Assembly (NCBI GenBank): GCA_003344405.1
Contig: NOWV01000021.1
Location: 558,001-622,000, forward strand
DNA: 64,000 nucleotides
Direction of reading: 5' to 3'
Source: Trichoplax sp. H2
Taxonomy: Eukaryota
The position numbers and the translations under genes were made by a program. Numbering within the stretch: position 1 is the first letter of the stretch; each line of letters starts with the position of its first letter. Shown here one piece after another: positions 1 to 11,972 of the stretch. The notes beneath the pieces were generated by a model. That model searched no databases, was not told the DNA's origin, and saw nothing but the letters and a program-made list of their open reading frames with translations.

Positions 1-1582
1 TATTGTCACAATAATTACTACATTATTTTATTTTTTGACCCGACCATTTATCTAGTGTTAGAACTACCATCAGGACTGCTACACTACTACTCATAATTTG
101 GGGATTTTTATTGTTGTTGTTGTTAGTACTGCACAGTACTGTATTCATACCAATTTACTGTACTGTACTGTACTGTATTTCGGTTACGTAACTGCGACAA
201 TCAGCTTTGGAAAGTACAGTTAGAACAAAATCATTAACGCTGCTATTACTGCATACGAATACTAGGGACTTTTCCATAATTATAAAATAATTTTATCCAG
301 AAGTACCTGATTATTGAATTATCTATACGTGCAGTATACGGTATAGAAAAAAGCTGCATCATATATTGCAGGCGCTGCGCTATTCAATGATAATTACTGT
401 ATGCAATTCTGGCTCTGCCAATATACTGTATGTAATAATCACTACTGAAGCCTTGAGTTGCGGCAGAGATTTCAATGGAAGCCATAGATAGAAAATAATA
501 TAGTTTTATCTTTGTTCAATCATGACAGTCATACAGCAATACCCAATCAGGCTTAACTGCAGAAACTGCTCTTAAAGTACTGAAATTAGTGATTTTATGC
601 ATCTTATCCTTTGCATCAAGCTCGTATGGCCAATCATATCGACTATTGTACACTGTACAGTAGAGGCTATTTTAAGCACCTTGTGCAGGACCGCTAATAT
701 CTGTAAGGAATAAATCCAGTAAAGCATCGTGATGGACTACGTAGTAACCCATGATCAAAATTAATACTATAATTATTTATCAATACAGTACAGTGACTTC
801 AAATTTATTTGCCAATTACCGCCTATACAAGTGTAATCGATTCGACGATATCATAAAAACTCATAATCAGACAAGGCAAGATGCATCATAATTCATAATC
901 GTAAATTCCAGCTTATTTACCGTAGTATGCAATTATACAGTATACCATCTGTCGTAGGTTTGACAAGATGAATACTGAGAATATCAAGACACTAATGTAT
1001 ATTCGCATACTTTATTAAAATTGTTAATGCTGTAGAATTTTGATGTGGCTTTTCTATCCAAGAGTAATGTTAATTTCTCCATTAAGCGTATGCAGAAAGC
1101 AAACACTAATCTTTGTACATGATATATATCATGTATTATATAGTACAGTACTCATATGTATTAAGTAAGTAACAAAAGTTGGAGATTATGCAAAATAGAG
1201 AATGCAAATCTCGACCTATTGAAGAATCCTCAGCAGGGACTGAAATTGCATGGCAAACCTGTAATAAACTAAAATGCTTACACAGTATATAATGCATTAC
1301 ATTCTTAACTCATGATCAGATGACACCAATAACAATAAATACAAAAATTGAAGAAAAAAACTCATTTAATACTTGCTTTCGTTTTATGGAATCAAACCTG
1401 CATTCATTGAGAACTAGGAATTAAAGACTCATTGTACGTGAATTTAAAATTATAAAGCGATCTTTCCTTCCCATAGTTTTGTCAATTTATAAGTACGACA
1501 TCAAGTGTTCTCATCATCGGTTTTTTGTGTCTTTGTCGTATCTACCAATATACAAATCTGGAGATGAATAAAAGTACACCAT

Positions 1583-3189
1583 CTAAGAAATGCCTTCAAT
1601 GACATGAAAGAAATGATAAACTTCTTCTTTATCATAAACTGCAACTTCCGTAAAACAAACAGCACACTGCACAGGATGATATATTGTATCATTCTCTCCG
1701 AGCGTTGTTGAGCAAGGATTCCCCTCATTTGTTTCTGTATTATCCAAATTGACATTTCTTTTCTTCTTTCTACGACGGCTCTGCTTTTTATTAGCATATC
1801 GTAACGTTTGTTCTGTAAGAACATTGCAATTCGAAACAAACATTGCTCGAAATTGATCCTTGTATGTATCATGTCTGTAAAAGAATATTTTCAATACAAA
1901 GATCGGTTAAAGTCCGTGTGAACAACAGGAGGGACATAACAGACGAATTACAAACCTCTGGCAATCCCTTGTCAAAATGGACATGCAAGATGGACAGCTT
2001 AGTACCATATCACTATTTTGATTTTGAGATATCCTTTTTGAGTAATTATTGTTTACTTGAAGATTTGGTGTTTCCTTCCGAGATTTCACCCACAATTCGT
2101 TATCGTCATCGATATTTGGGTCATAAAATAATTCATCATTTGACAATTTCTTCAATTTTTTCTTTTTTTTATCTACAATATAACCAAGGAATTGCAGCAG
2201 CAATGTAGAACATGAATTTAGAAAATATTTTCCAGGTTGCTTGCATGCTTCTATAATGATAGTCGCAAGACATAAAATGCTATGTATGCTACTATACCGT
2301 TAGGTTTCGTCTGCCACTGCTCCGAATCCGAATCGAAGTAAATATCGTCATAATAGGGATCTTGCGTCTGATCTTGATCTTTTTTCGATGGTAAAGGTGT
2401 GTTGCTGACATCTTCTGACTTTCTATCATCTGTGGCTGGTATTGAACTTTTAAAATTATTTTCAGATCGACTTCGACTGTTGCAGATTAGATCTTGATGG
2501 CTAGAGGCCGTCTTGTGGGCCATTGATTTGAAAGATTTCTCTGCTAAGTGCAGATAATTGTATATCATCTCGTTGCTGCAATTTGTATCGTTGACTTCGC
2601 TAGCGAGAGCACGGTCTTGCAGCTTTTCAATGTTGTCAAATTCGTCGTTGCTAACCCAAAATTACGCATACGTATTAGTTTCTATCCGCTAAACTAAACA
2701 AAGCGACTGTCGTAATATTCAATTAATTAATCGAACAAATAGTTGATATGGTACTGAATCTGTGCCTTGTCAAGTACTGTAGAAGTAATGCAATCGATGC
2801 AAAGATGATTACTATTACCCCAGATTCAGGACGCAATTGCGAACCGGTATCCCAGTAAACCGCAAATGTTACAATATAGGCTCCACAGCACAATCGCAGA
2901 ACGTATTTGCACACAAGTTCATTGCAACTAACTGTTACATAAACTGATTATACTGTACAGTAATTACCTATTTTCAAAGTAGCTTGTGGTATACATATAT
3001 TTTTTATTATATAAATTTTATGAAATCTGTATGTCGATGCACCCGAGGTGAATTAATCGACATGGTCTGCAGCTATTCATGCTAAATTTACCCAGGTAGT
3101 ACGTACCTATGCTCGCTAGCAATTTCGTCGATATCACTGTCTTCGTCAATTTCGTATCCATCATAAGTATAGCTTGTAAAATTGGACAT
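1583..3189 (-). CDS. EAPP: E2F-associated phosphoprotein; 4 coding exons (3189-3107, 2650-2298, 2172-1956, 1874-1583)
   Basis: Spliced translation has YYDDIYFDSDSE, NDELFYDP, NSDMVLSCPSCM..DCQRH..YKDQFRAMFVSNC and IYHPVQCAVCFTEVAVYDKEEVYHFFHV, all characteristic of EAPP. GT-AG junctions are phase-compatible. Exon 1 (MSNFTSYTYDGYEIDEDSD) is the least certain. Confidence 0.93.
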
Positions 3190-3350
3190 AGTTTATTCTA
3201 ATATTCCTTATTATCTTTCCGGTCTTACAACATTGAGTTTTATTTCCTTTTGATTTTACGTGAAACTTTTTGCAAAGGACACGAAGGAAGTTGCTGCTGC
3301 CGCTTCAGTGGATAGTTGAAACTTAAACTTGAACTACAGTACTACGTGTA

Positions 3351-3704
3351 GAGGAAGATCTAGACTGAGCACTCTTGGACGGACAGACATTTTCGGCCTC
3401 ATCTCGTCAAAATATAGTGCCAAACACTTCGTTATGGCAGTACTTTAAAGTATGCAGTCGGCTGATTTTGAATTGACCGATATTTTCTCAATTAACTAAT
3501 ATTGCATTGAATCTTATTATCAGTTACAAAGTTCTGCTTGAAAACACTTATATAAGATCATGGACACTATTTAAATTAGTACCAGTGATTTAGAAAACAG
3601 ACACGGAAGGTCCATACTAAGTAGTCATTTTTGGATATTTGCGGGCTGATTTGGTAAGAAAAGTCCGTCTGTCTGAGGGAGAGTGATCAGTCCAGGTCTT
3701 CTTC
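3351..3704. mobile_element. MITE-like non-autonomous DNA transposon relic, ~354 bp
   Basis: Terminal inverted repeats 3351-3375 (GAGGAAGATCTAGACTGAGCACTCT) and 3680-3704 (rc GAAGAAGACCTGGACTGATCACTCT) match at 21/25, with further GACAGAC similarity inward. TA flanks both sides (3349-50, 3705-06). No coding capacity. Confidence 0.6.
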
Positions 3705-3985
3705 TACTTACTACAGTATACAGTCTGTACTTTACAGTACATTATGATTTTGAATCTCGTAATCATTGTACTGTACATTGTAGCTTTCAAGACTCATACT
3801 ATACGCACTACACACTCAGTGCACGGTATGAGTCTGTATAAGGTACAGTACAGGTACCTACGTTCTGGTTGCATTACTATAGTAGCTGCAGATTGACCCA
3901 AAGTCTGGTCAATTCGTTCATCATTGCGTTCAATGTACTTCAGCGTATAGGAGAATCTACTCATTGGATCGCATACTCTACGAAG

Positions 3986-6900
3986 ATGGCGGCGGTTGTT
4001 GGTGAAGATAACAAGCGTAAGAACACTGCAGAAATGAGTTCGATGGATGCCAAAGAAGATGAAAATTCGATTTCAGATCGAGTAAGTATAACCACACCTA
4101 GCTAATTTCACGATATAGCATCGCTATCATGCGTTATACCTGGATCAATGATCTTCAAGTCATTACACGCTCTATCAATGCTAAATGAAAGCATTTTCTA
4201 GCATGAAATTTCATTTCATATTCCATTGAATCACTTTTTTAAACTGGAAAATATCTTTATAGTGTCTTTCTATATCATATGAAATTAGTATAGATGAGAT
4301 TCATATCAACCTATTGATACGCCGCTGGATTATCGTTAATCAAATATACAAGATTCATTTTAGTTGGCCGCACTCGAGCACTATAGGAACATTGCTCGTA
4401 TGCTGTTTGATACTGTACACAGATTCGTATGTTGTATAACTCTACTTGTATATACGATATAATAATGCATGTATGATTGAGGTCCGAACGGCATCTCAGT
4501 GGTTACAATAATTATTAGAGATAGTAAGTCACTGGTTTTAAATTTTTCATACATTTATCTATTTGTAAATGGGATATTAAGACTTTGCAGAAGGTATTTT
4601 ATTGCACTGATCAATTAGCGTTGTACTATACAATGTACAATATGTACATGACAATTTATTATACAGAAGCTAACTTTAATATTATAATTTAGTTAAACTA
4701 TTGTTTATTTCGTCAGTCTATACGAAGATGCATTGCTGTACGCTACTCAATGAAAGCAAACCAAAATTTCGTTTCACAATACAGTACTGATGGATTGACT
4801 TCTTGCTTATTTTAGTACTATAATGTCAATTCTATAAGGTAGAGCAGTTGAGGAATAACTATGTAATTATTATCCAAGATCCCTAAAAACTAGAAATTAA
4901 TTTATAGAATGCTATATCAATATGGGTATATATACGCACGCATATATGCAAGCACTGCATAACAGTATGCAACTATGTTATTGGTACTTTTAATTTATAA
5001 AAAATGTGATATTTATACTTGCACTATTTGCACCTATGGATATCTATATTAAATACAGCATATATGCAATTGTGCAATATATCAACAGATATGCACGTAT
5101 GGCATAGTTACAGGGGTAACTATACACATTTATGATACTAAATATTGTCTTTCAACTATCGCGTAATTATTAGCTATTACAGGAATTCTACTGCGGTAAA
5201 GACAGTAATAGATAATTCCTTTTCATCATATAGGTCATTGAATTAATGAATAGAGCTCAACTGGAAACAGATGCAAAAGAAAAATTAGTTTATCTTAAGC
5301 AGGTAAGAAGATAGATATTACTCGATATATGTAATACGGCTTTGAAGATTAATATTATATACTATTTTAATTAATACATTAACCATTTATTTTAGATCCA
5401 AGAACTGGTTATCATGAAAGATTCCGCTTTACTGGACAGCTTTTTAGATGTAAGCATTAAACACAATAATTTGAAACTTATCTAAGTTATGCTTCTAGCT
5501 AAGCTATCGTACACAGACAATATTTGATGTGATTGTTATACTTATTTAAATGGTATATTGTATCTGCATTTTAAAATTTGTAGGAAATGTTAGCTTTTCA
5601 ACATGAAAAGTCTGCTGATGTTCAAAAATTTATTCTTGGATTTCTTGAAGAAGCATGGTAAAAATTACTATACGATCTTGTCTGATAGGTGATACAATAT
5701 CAATATATAATGTGGTCTTTTTTATATTTAATCTCTTCAAATTTTAGCAAAAAGGACGAATTCCTTTGCAGCAAAGTTGTATATCCTTTGGCGTACTTAC
5801 TGTACGATCAAGATAATGTGCAAGTTACCAAACGAGCAATTCAATGTAACCTCAATCTATACCGTATAGCCTTTAAGGTATTACAATCATTGTAATTGGT
5901 AAAATAACGATTGAAGCCAACAGCAATAATTAGTTGTATCAGTGGTGATAGTATAAATGTATGATATTGATTTTTCGTTGTTAAAAAATTCTTACAGTTT
6001 ATCGCAACTAAGAAAGCGACCAGTGATGATTTATTGCATATATGGGAGGTAACTAAATAGTGATCTTATTCGTATGACAAAAATAAATTAGGTTCATCTT
6101 ATTATATGTTGTTTGCAGCATTAATATAATAAATAAGCCGTGTATAATTGACCCATAAAATTTTTTATTATAATTCTATTTCTGTTGCTTCAATTTTAAG
6201 CAATTTTGTGATATGAAAACATACATCATTTCTTTAACCCAACATGAAAATACTGGGTACGTATGAAACAAAATTTTATCAACTATTGATTTTGCATAGT
6301 TTTTGCATTAAAATCAAAGTTTTCTTGCTATTTCCTTCTCTTATTTGCTAGTGTAAGAACAAGTGCTCTAAAATACTGCGAAATGATAGTTCTTACTCAA
6401 AGTATTAAAGGCGGTATTACTACTTCAACTAAGCCTGATGATATTTCTCTTGATATGGTTGGTAATGAGTACATTCACTTCTTAGCTTTACGGGCTTTTA
6501 TCAATATTTTGGAATCTATTATGTTATATTAGTTGTCCACTACGCATCCTATAATGGATTTTAGCAAATTAAAAGACGAAGCAAAATCTATTTTAACCTT
6601 TTTAACTGATTTAACATTATCACATAAGATAAACCAGTAAGTATTCTATCCTAAAATTATCTTAGTACTAACATTGTGGCGATAGGGTGCTAAGATAATT
6701 GTTATTAATTGATTTTAATTTGCCTATCTCAGTACAAATTTATTGCCATGTGTTGGGTCGTTAGCAATTATTGCTCGTATGAGACCAATGCACTTTGGAA
6801 TTATAATAGCCTGTCTGGAATCATTAAATGGTATACTTATCACATCTAAATTAATATAGAAAAGCTTTAGAAAATTATTAAATTATGATAATATAAGCAT

Positions 6901-9900
6901 ACGTACCAATTTCCCTTTGCAGCAAATTTACCGCCAACTCTTAGCAAATCTCAAGTTAGCAATCTGCGAAAACACTTAAAAGTAAACATTGCTTTTGCTA
7001 GTTGCTTTTCTGCTTCCATAAATTACATTAATGACTATCGTTCTATCTAATACCATTAATTGATATTGAATAGATACAATTTATGACACTTCTTAAAAAT
7101 CCGGTTTCTATCGAGTACCAGTCGGTATTAGCGGCTATTTTATCAGATCTTGGTGTCACAGCGAATGAGGTTAGTTATACTGTCTGATTATCTAATATTT
7201 AATATTGGATTAATAATCTTAATGAACAAGAGACTATGTATCCGATAAAAATATAATTTTTTAATAGATTTCAAGAAACCTACCCAAAATTCATGCCACT
7301 GAATCGCTAAAAAGAAGTTCTATGTAAATAATGAGCTATTATCATAATCTGTATTAATTTTTAAGGTTGTAAATCGTGCGAAATTACGTATCAAACTGAA
7401 TTCTCTTTATAGTACCGATCTAGATAGCGAGCGACCTCCTAAAAAGTTACGGATAGGAGTTAGTACATTTATTTAAGTTGTCTAGCCTTAACATATCGAT
7501 TATGAGACAAAGAATTTGATGCCTTAGCTCATAGTACGGTTATATATTACACCAGGAGAACAGAACTTCAGACGCAAAAATTACCGATATTAAGATTGAG
7601 TCTGGATCAATCGAAATAAACAGAACTGCAGAAGAAATAATTCAAAAGCTAAATTCGAATGAAACCGTAGTCAATCTGGTTTTTGCTAGTATTCATCGAC
7701 TACCTAATCGGATGCCCTCAATATTTCAAGACTGTCATACACCTATCGTATCTGCTGGAAGTAAAATTCAAATAGCTCACTTAGCTAGATTACTAGCAAC
7801 TCAAATGCTTTCTACAGACAATAGTAATATTGAAAGCAGTGAAAGTGACATGGTACGTCCTATAATATTAGTGTTAGCTCTGTTCATACATTGGATTATA
7901 AATTTATTTAATACAGATATTTATAATAACTTAGATGCCTACTTTGAGGGATGTAAAATCTGAATATCCGCGGTCTATCAAAGTAAGATTATTTTATAGT
8001 CTTTCGTTACATGCTCATATGTTAAACATAACGATTTTTATTTCTCTTTTTACTTTAATCCATAAAAAAATTACCTAGATTGCCGGCTTAAAAGAGAAAC
8101 ATTCAGAATCTACGGTAAGATGGCAATAATTTATCTTAGATAAAGCCTCATTTCCTGATTACATCACTACGATTAATTATTACAGCGATCTAGGAAAATT
8201 AAGCAGTTTAGCTTAAGTAGTTTGGTAAATTACAACATGGATATTGGAGAAAAGCAAGCACTGTCTTTGAGTGCTTTTGAAAGAATGCTGAAAGGCGAAG
8301 GTTTGTAGGATTTTAGAATATGACTGCGCTTCAGATAGCACCAAATAACTAAAACTTTATTTGCCATTAAAGAAACATCGAGACTATCTACTGCTGTAGA
8401 TTTTATAATATTTAATTCTTGAGCATCCAAAAATGTTCTAATCACGCTCTTTCTCGTATATTTAGAAAATGCTCATCATGCTGGTATGGCATTGGTAAGG
8501 ATGATTATAGATTTTACTGTTACCTTTATGCAGTCGTATTTATATTTGATATTTATCATTTATTAACAGGAACGGATTCAAGTTTTAGTGGGCTTAGCAA
8601 CTCAGCTGCGAGGCGAAGTGGCAAATGGTAAATGAAAGCTATTTGATGTAACACTAATTTATTTAAAGTCTTTAATCATACTAATTTCATACCGTTTTGT
8701 GTAGCTTTCAGAAATTATATATTTGAAGATATCAGAGGTCGCTTTGAACTGGCGTGCACATGGCTTACGAAAGAGTACTTGCTGTCACTTGCAGCTTCTA
8801 GCCAGAGTACTGAAATCAAAAACGATAATGATGGCTACAGCCAGTGCTTAGCCGAGATACTGAAAGAATTAACGGATAAATTAGATAAGGAAGATAAGTA
8901 AGTTTATCTCTTTTAAAATCGTATTCTGTCTGGATTTAATCTTATCCATTCTATTTTAGACTTTTCACCCATTTCTGTCTTGAGATACCTCGATTCACAT
9001 CTGTAGCTTATAAAGCGATCGAAGATTATAGCAAGAATGAGGTCTACCAGCTAATATACCATCATTATCAGCTGTGCTTCGTAAAAATATTTGATCGATC
9101 TCATGGTTTTTTGTCTTTTTCTTATTTTAGGGTTCTTCTAAATTAGGATTGAGTACTATGTATGAATTAATACTTCGAAGGCCAGTTACAAAAGCTCCTT
9201 TAATGCAGAAATTACTAGATTTAACTGTTTTCGAAAATGAGCAGGTAGCGCATGCCGAAAAAAATACTTACTGTTAATAAAATTCGATTCTAATCCCTCT
9301 AGCTTTTAGTAGAAATTCTATGATTATATCATTAATAGATCCAACTTCAGGCTTCTCATGTAGTGAAGAAATTATATAATAAAGCAGAACTTGCACCAAT
9401 TATAGAGGCAAGTTCTAAATTATCAGATTTACTTTAGAAGTTATTTTAAAATAGTTATATTTGTTTTTCATACTTTATCAGCGACGTGCATTGGAAAATC
9501 TGGAGATGGTTTTACAAATTGGTATTTTTTTTCTATGTTTGTAGTTTAAGATAATATTCCTTAGCAATCTTAACGCTTATTTTGTCTATGTCTGAACTTC
9601 TTTTAAGGCGACAATCAATCCAACCAATGGAGTGAAGATTCCATCAAAATGCATATGTCACTATTCATGTCACTCTTGCCCAAAAATCATGTTATCATTC
9701 ACAAGTCTGTTAATATTAAAGATCCGTTAAATACAGATATTGAAATCGATTAAAGACAAATAATTAATTTTTAAAATATTTTCTCTTTAGTTTAGCTAAT
9801 ATGTACGGAAAAGCAACATCAAATGTGAAGCGAGTCATTTTAAGACAAATAGAACATCCTATTCGCAATATTGGAATGTCTTCACCGGAGCTATTGAAGT

Positions 9901-11411
9901 TTTTCGAACAAGTACCTTCTGGTACTGAGACTTTACTAACAAGAATTTTATATATTTTCACGGATAAGAGTATGCCAAGTCAAGAATTAATTCGTAAAGT
10001 TCGTGAGGCTTACTATGGGAAGAAATTAGATGTTCGTGCATTGATTCCCATCATAAATGGTCTGGAAAAGGTTAAAAGTGAATTAAGTCTGTAGCTATTG
10101 ATTGATTGATTTTATGCCTAAAAAAATGAATTAAAAATGTGAAATTTTAATTTTAGAGTGAAGTCATTGGAGCTTTACCTAAGTTAATGAAGCAATCAGC
10201 GAAGGTCGTTAAAGAAGTCATTACGCGACTTATAAATCCATTCTCAGGTAGGGCTATTTCTTTCCCGTTAAGGTATATCATCACAAACGACGATTTCCAA
10301 TTTTAATTGCTATAATCTTGCAATTAAGATGTAGAAGAATCTGTCGGTCCTCGGCAGACGAGTCCTTTAACTCCGTCTGAGTTGTTATTAGCCTTACATC
10401 AAATAGAGGATGATGTTAAGTCGGCTATCAAAGGTATTCTGCGGCATTGGATGTAGTTCATTTGCAATTCGTATGCATGTCAAAAAGACTAAAATTGAGC
10501 TTTATACTTTATAGCTATAGGTTTTTGTTTAAGTGAGAAAAGTACATTTACCCAAGAAGTTTTAGCTGGTGTTTTACAGCAAATGTTAGAACGTACTACT
10601 ATCCCGATTTTGTTCATGAGGACGGTAAGTTGTGTCATATACAATCGTATGCAGGTATACATTTTGATCATGCAAATAATTAAATTCATCATATAATCAC
10701 TTCAGGTAATACAAACTCTACAATCCTACCCGAAATTAATATCGTTTGTGATGAATGTATTATCTAGGCTGATTACAAAGCAGGTTAAATAGTAAAGCCC
10801 TTAATGATCTTCATTACCATAAAATTAATAGACTGATATTATAATTTCTTTTTCTGCACCTAGATCTGGAAGCAAACTAAAGTTTGGCAGGGCTTTATAA
10901 AGTGTTGTCAGGCTAGCTATATGTAGTATTTAAATTTGTTATCAGTTTTATATTGTAATTATCAGCTTTTACGGATGGCATAAATTAATGTCAAGGATGT
11001 CTTCAAAAATTTTATATTTTTATATTCAATTTGTTGCATTTGTAGATTACAACGCCACAATCATACCCGGTCTTACTACAGCTCCCAGCACATCAGTTAG
11101 AAAGTGTTTTTCAGGTACTCACTAACTCAATTTGGGTTCTGTTGAAATATGGCGCTTTAATATTATTTTTTCCTGATTAACGTTTAGATTGCTCCGTCTT
11201 TACAACAAAATCTTAGGCAACACATTAATCTCCTAACACTAAATCAGGTTCGTAAATACTATGAAAACAGATTTGTAGTTCGTTAAATGTTGCATTAATC
11301 GAAAAATATTTCATCTTATAGAGAGCGCATATACCGCAGTCGCTCTTATTTACCATTGAAAATTACGTAGTAGAGAATGGGAAAGAAAGCCACGATAACA
11401 AAGAGACTTGA
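3986..11411 (+). CDS. SYMPK: Symplekin (3'-end processing scaffold), >30 short exons
   Basis: Exons translate to LKQIQELVIMKDSALLDSFLDEMLAFQHEKS, ANLPPTLSKSQVSNLRKHLK, KRVILRQIEHPIRNIGMSSPELL, SPLTPSELLLALH, FTQEVLAGVLQQM..IPILFMRTVIQ and IWKQTKVWQGFIKCCQ..PQSYPVLLQLP. ATG at 3986 lies in AAGATGGCGGC; stop TGA at 11409-11411. Confidence 0.96.
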
Positions 11412-11972
11412 TGATGATATAGAAGAACTGATTTTATTTATTCTGTGATTGATGAAATCAATACATCATGAATATTCTACATTTCAAATCGAATCATAGA
11501 TTATATAGTTTGCAGTACTTTCTTATAGCAAATTGTTGTAAAGTCTTATTTGTGATGCTTTAGTAGAATATATTTAAGTTTTTCATGGAACGATGTAACT
11601 CTAGGATAAGTTATGAATGCAAATTCCTGAAGAACGTTTCTACAGAGTTCTGTGAACTTTTAACTCTTCAACGACAAATAAGCCGTAAAATTTTTTATAT
11701 ATTATAAGAGATATACGTACATTACACTCCTGTACATTACCATCCTGTAATCAAATGTTATAAACTTTCTGCCGAGTTTAAAAAGTTTGTAAGTAGGTAC
11801 AAGAATAATAGTTTATGAATCATGTAATCTGTTAACATGTTTATAATAGTAGAAATTGAACACTTTATTCTATTTCAACTACCCGACAATTTAAAACATT
11901 AAATTAAAATAGTTCTTTATAAGAATTATAGTATGCCTTTATTGTGAACCGTTTGCTTTATCGATCTGATAC

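Noticed and set aside
1501..2208. ORFs 1501-1872(-) and 1843-2208(+)
   Set aside because: Alternative-frame and antisense shadows of EAPP exons.
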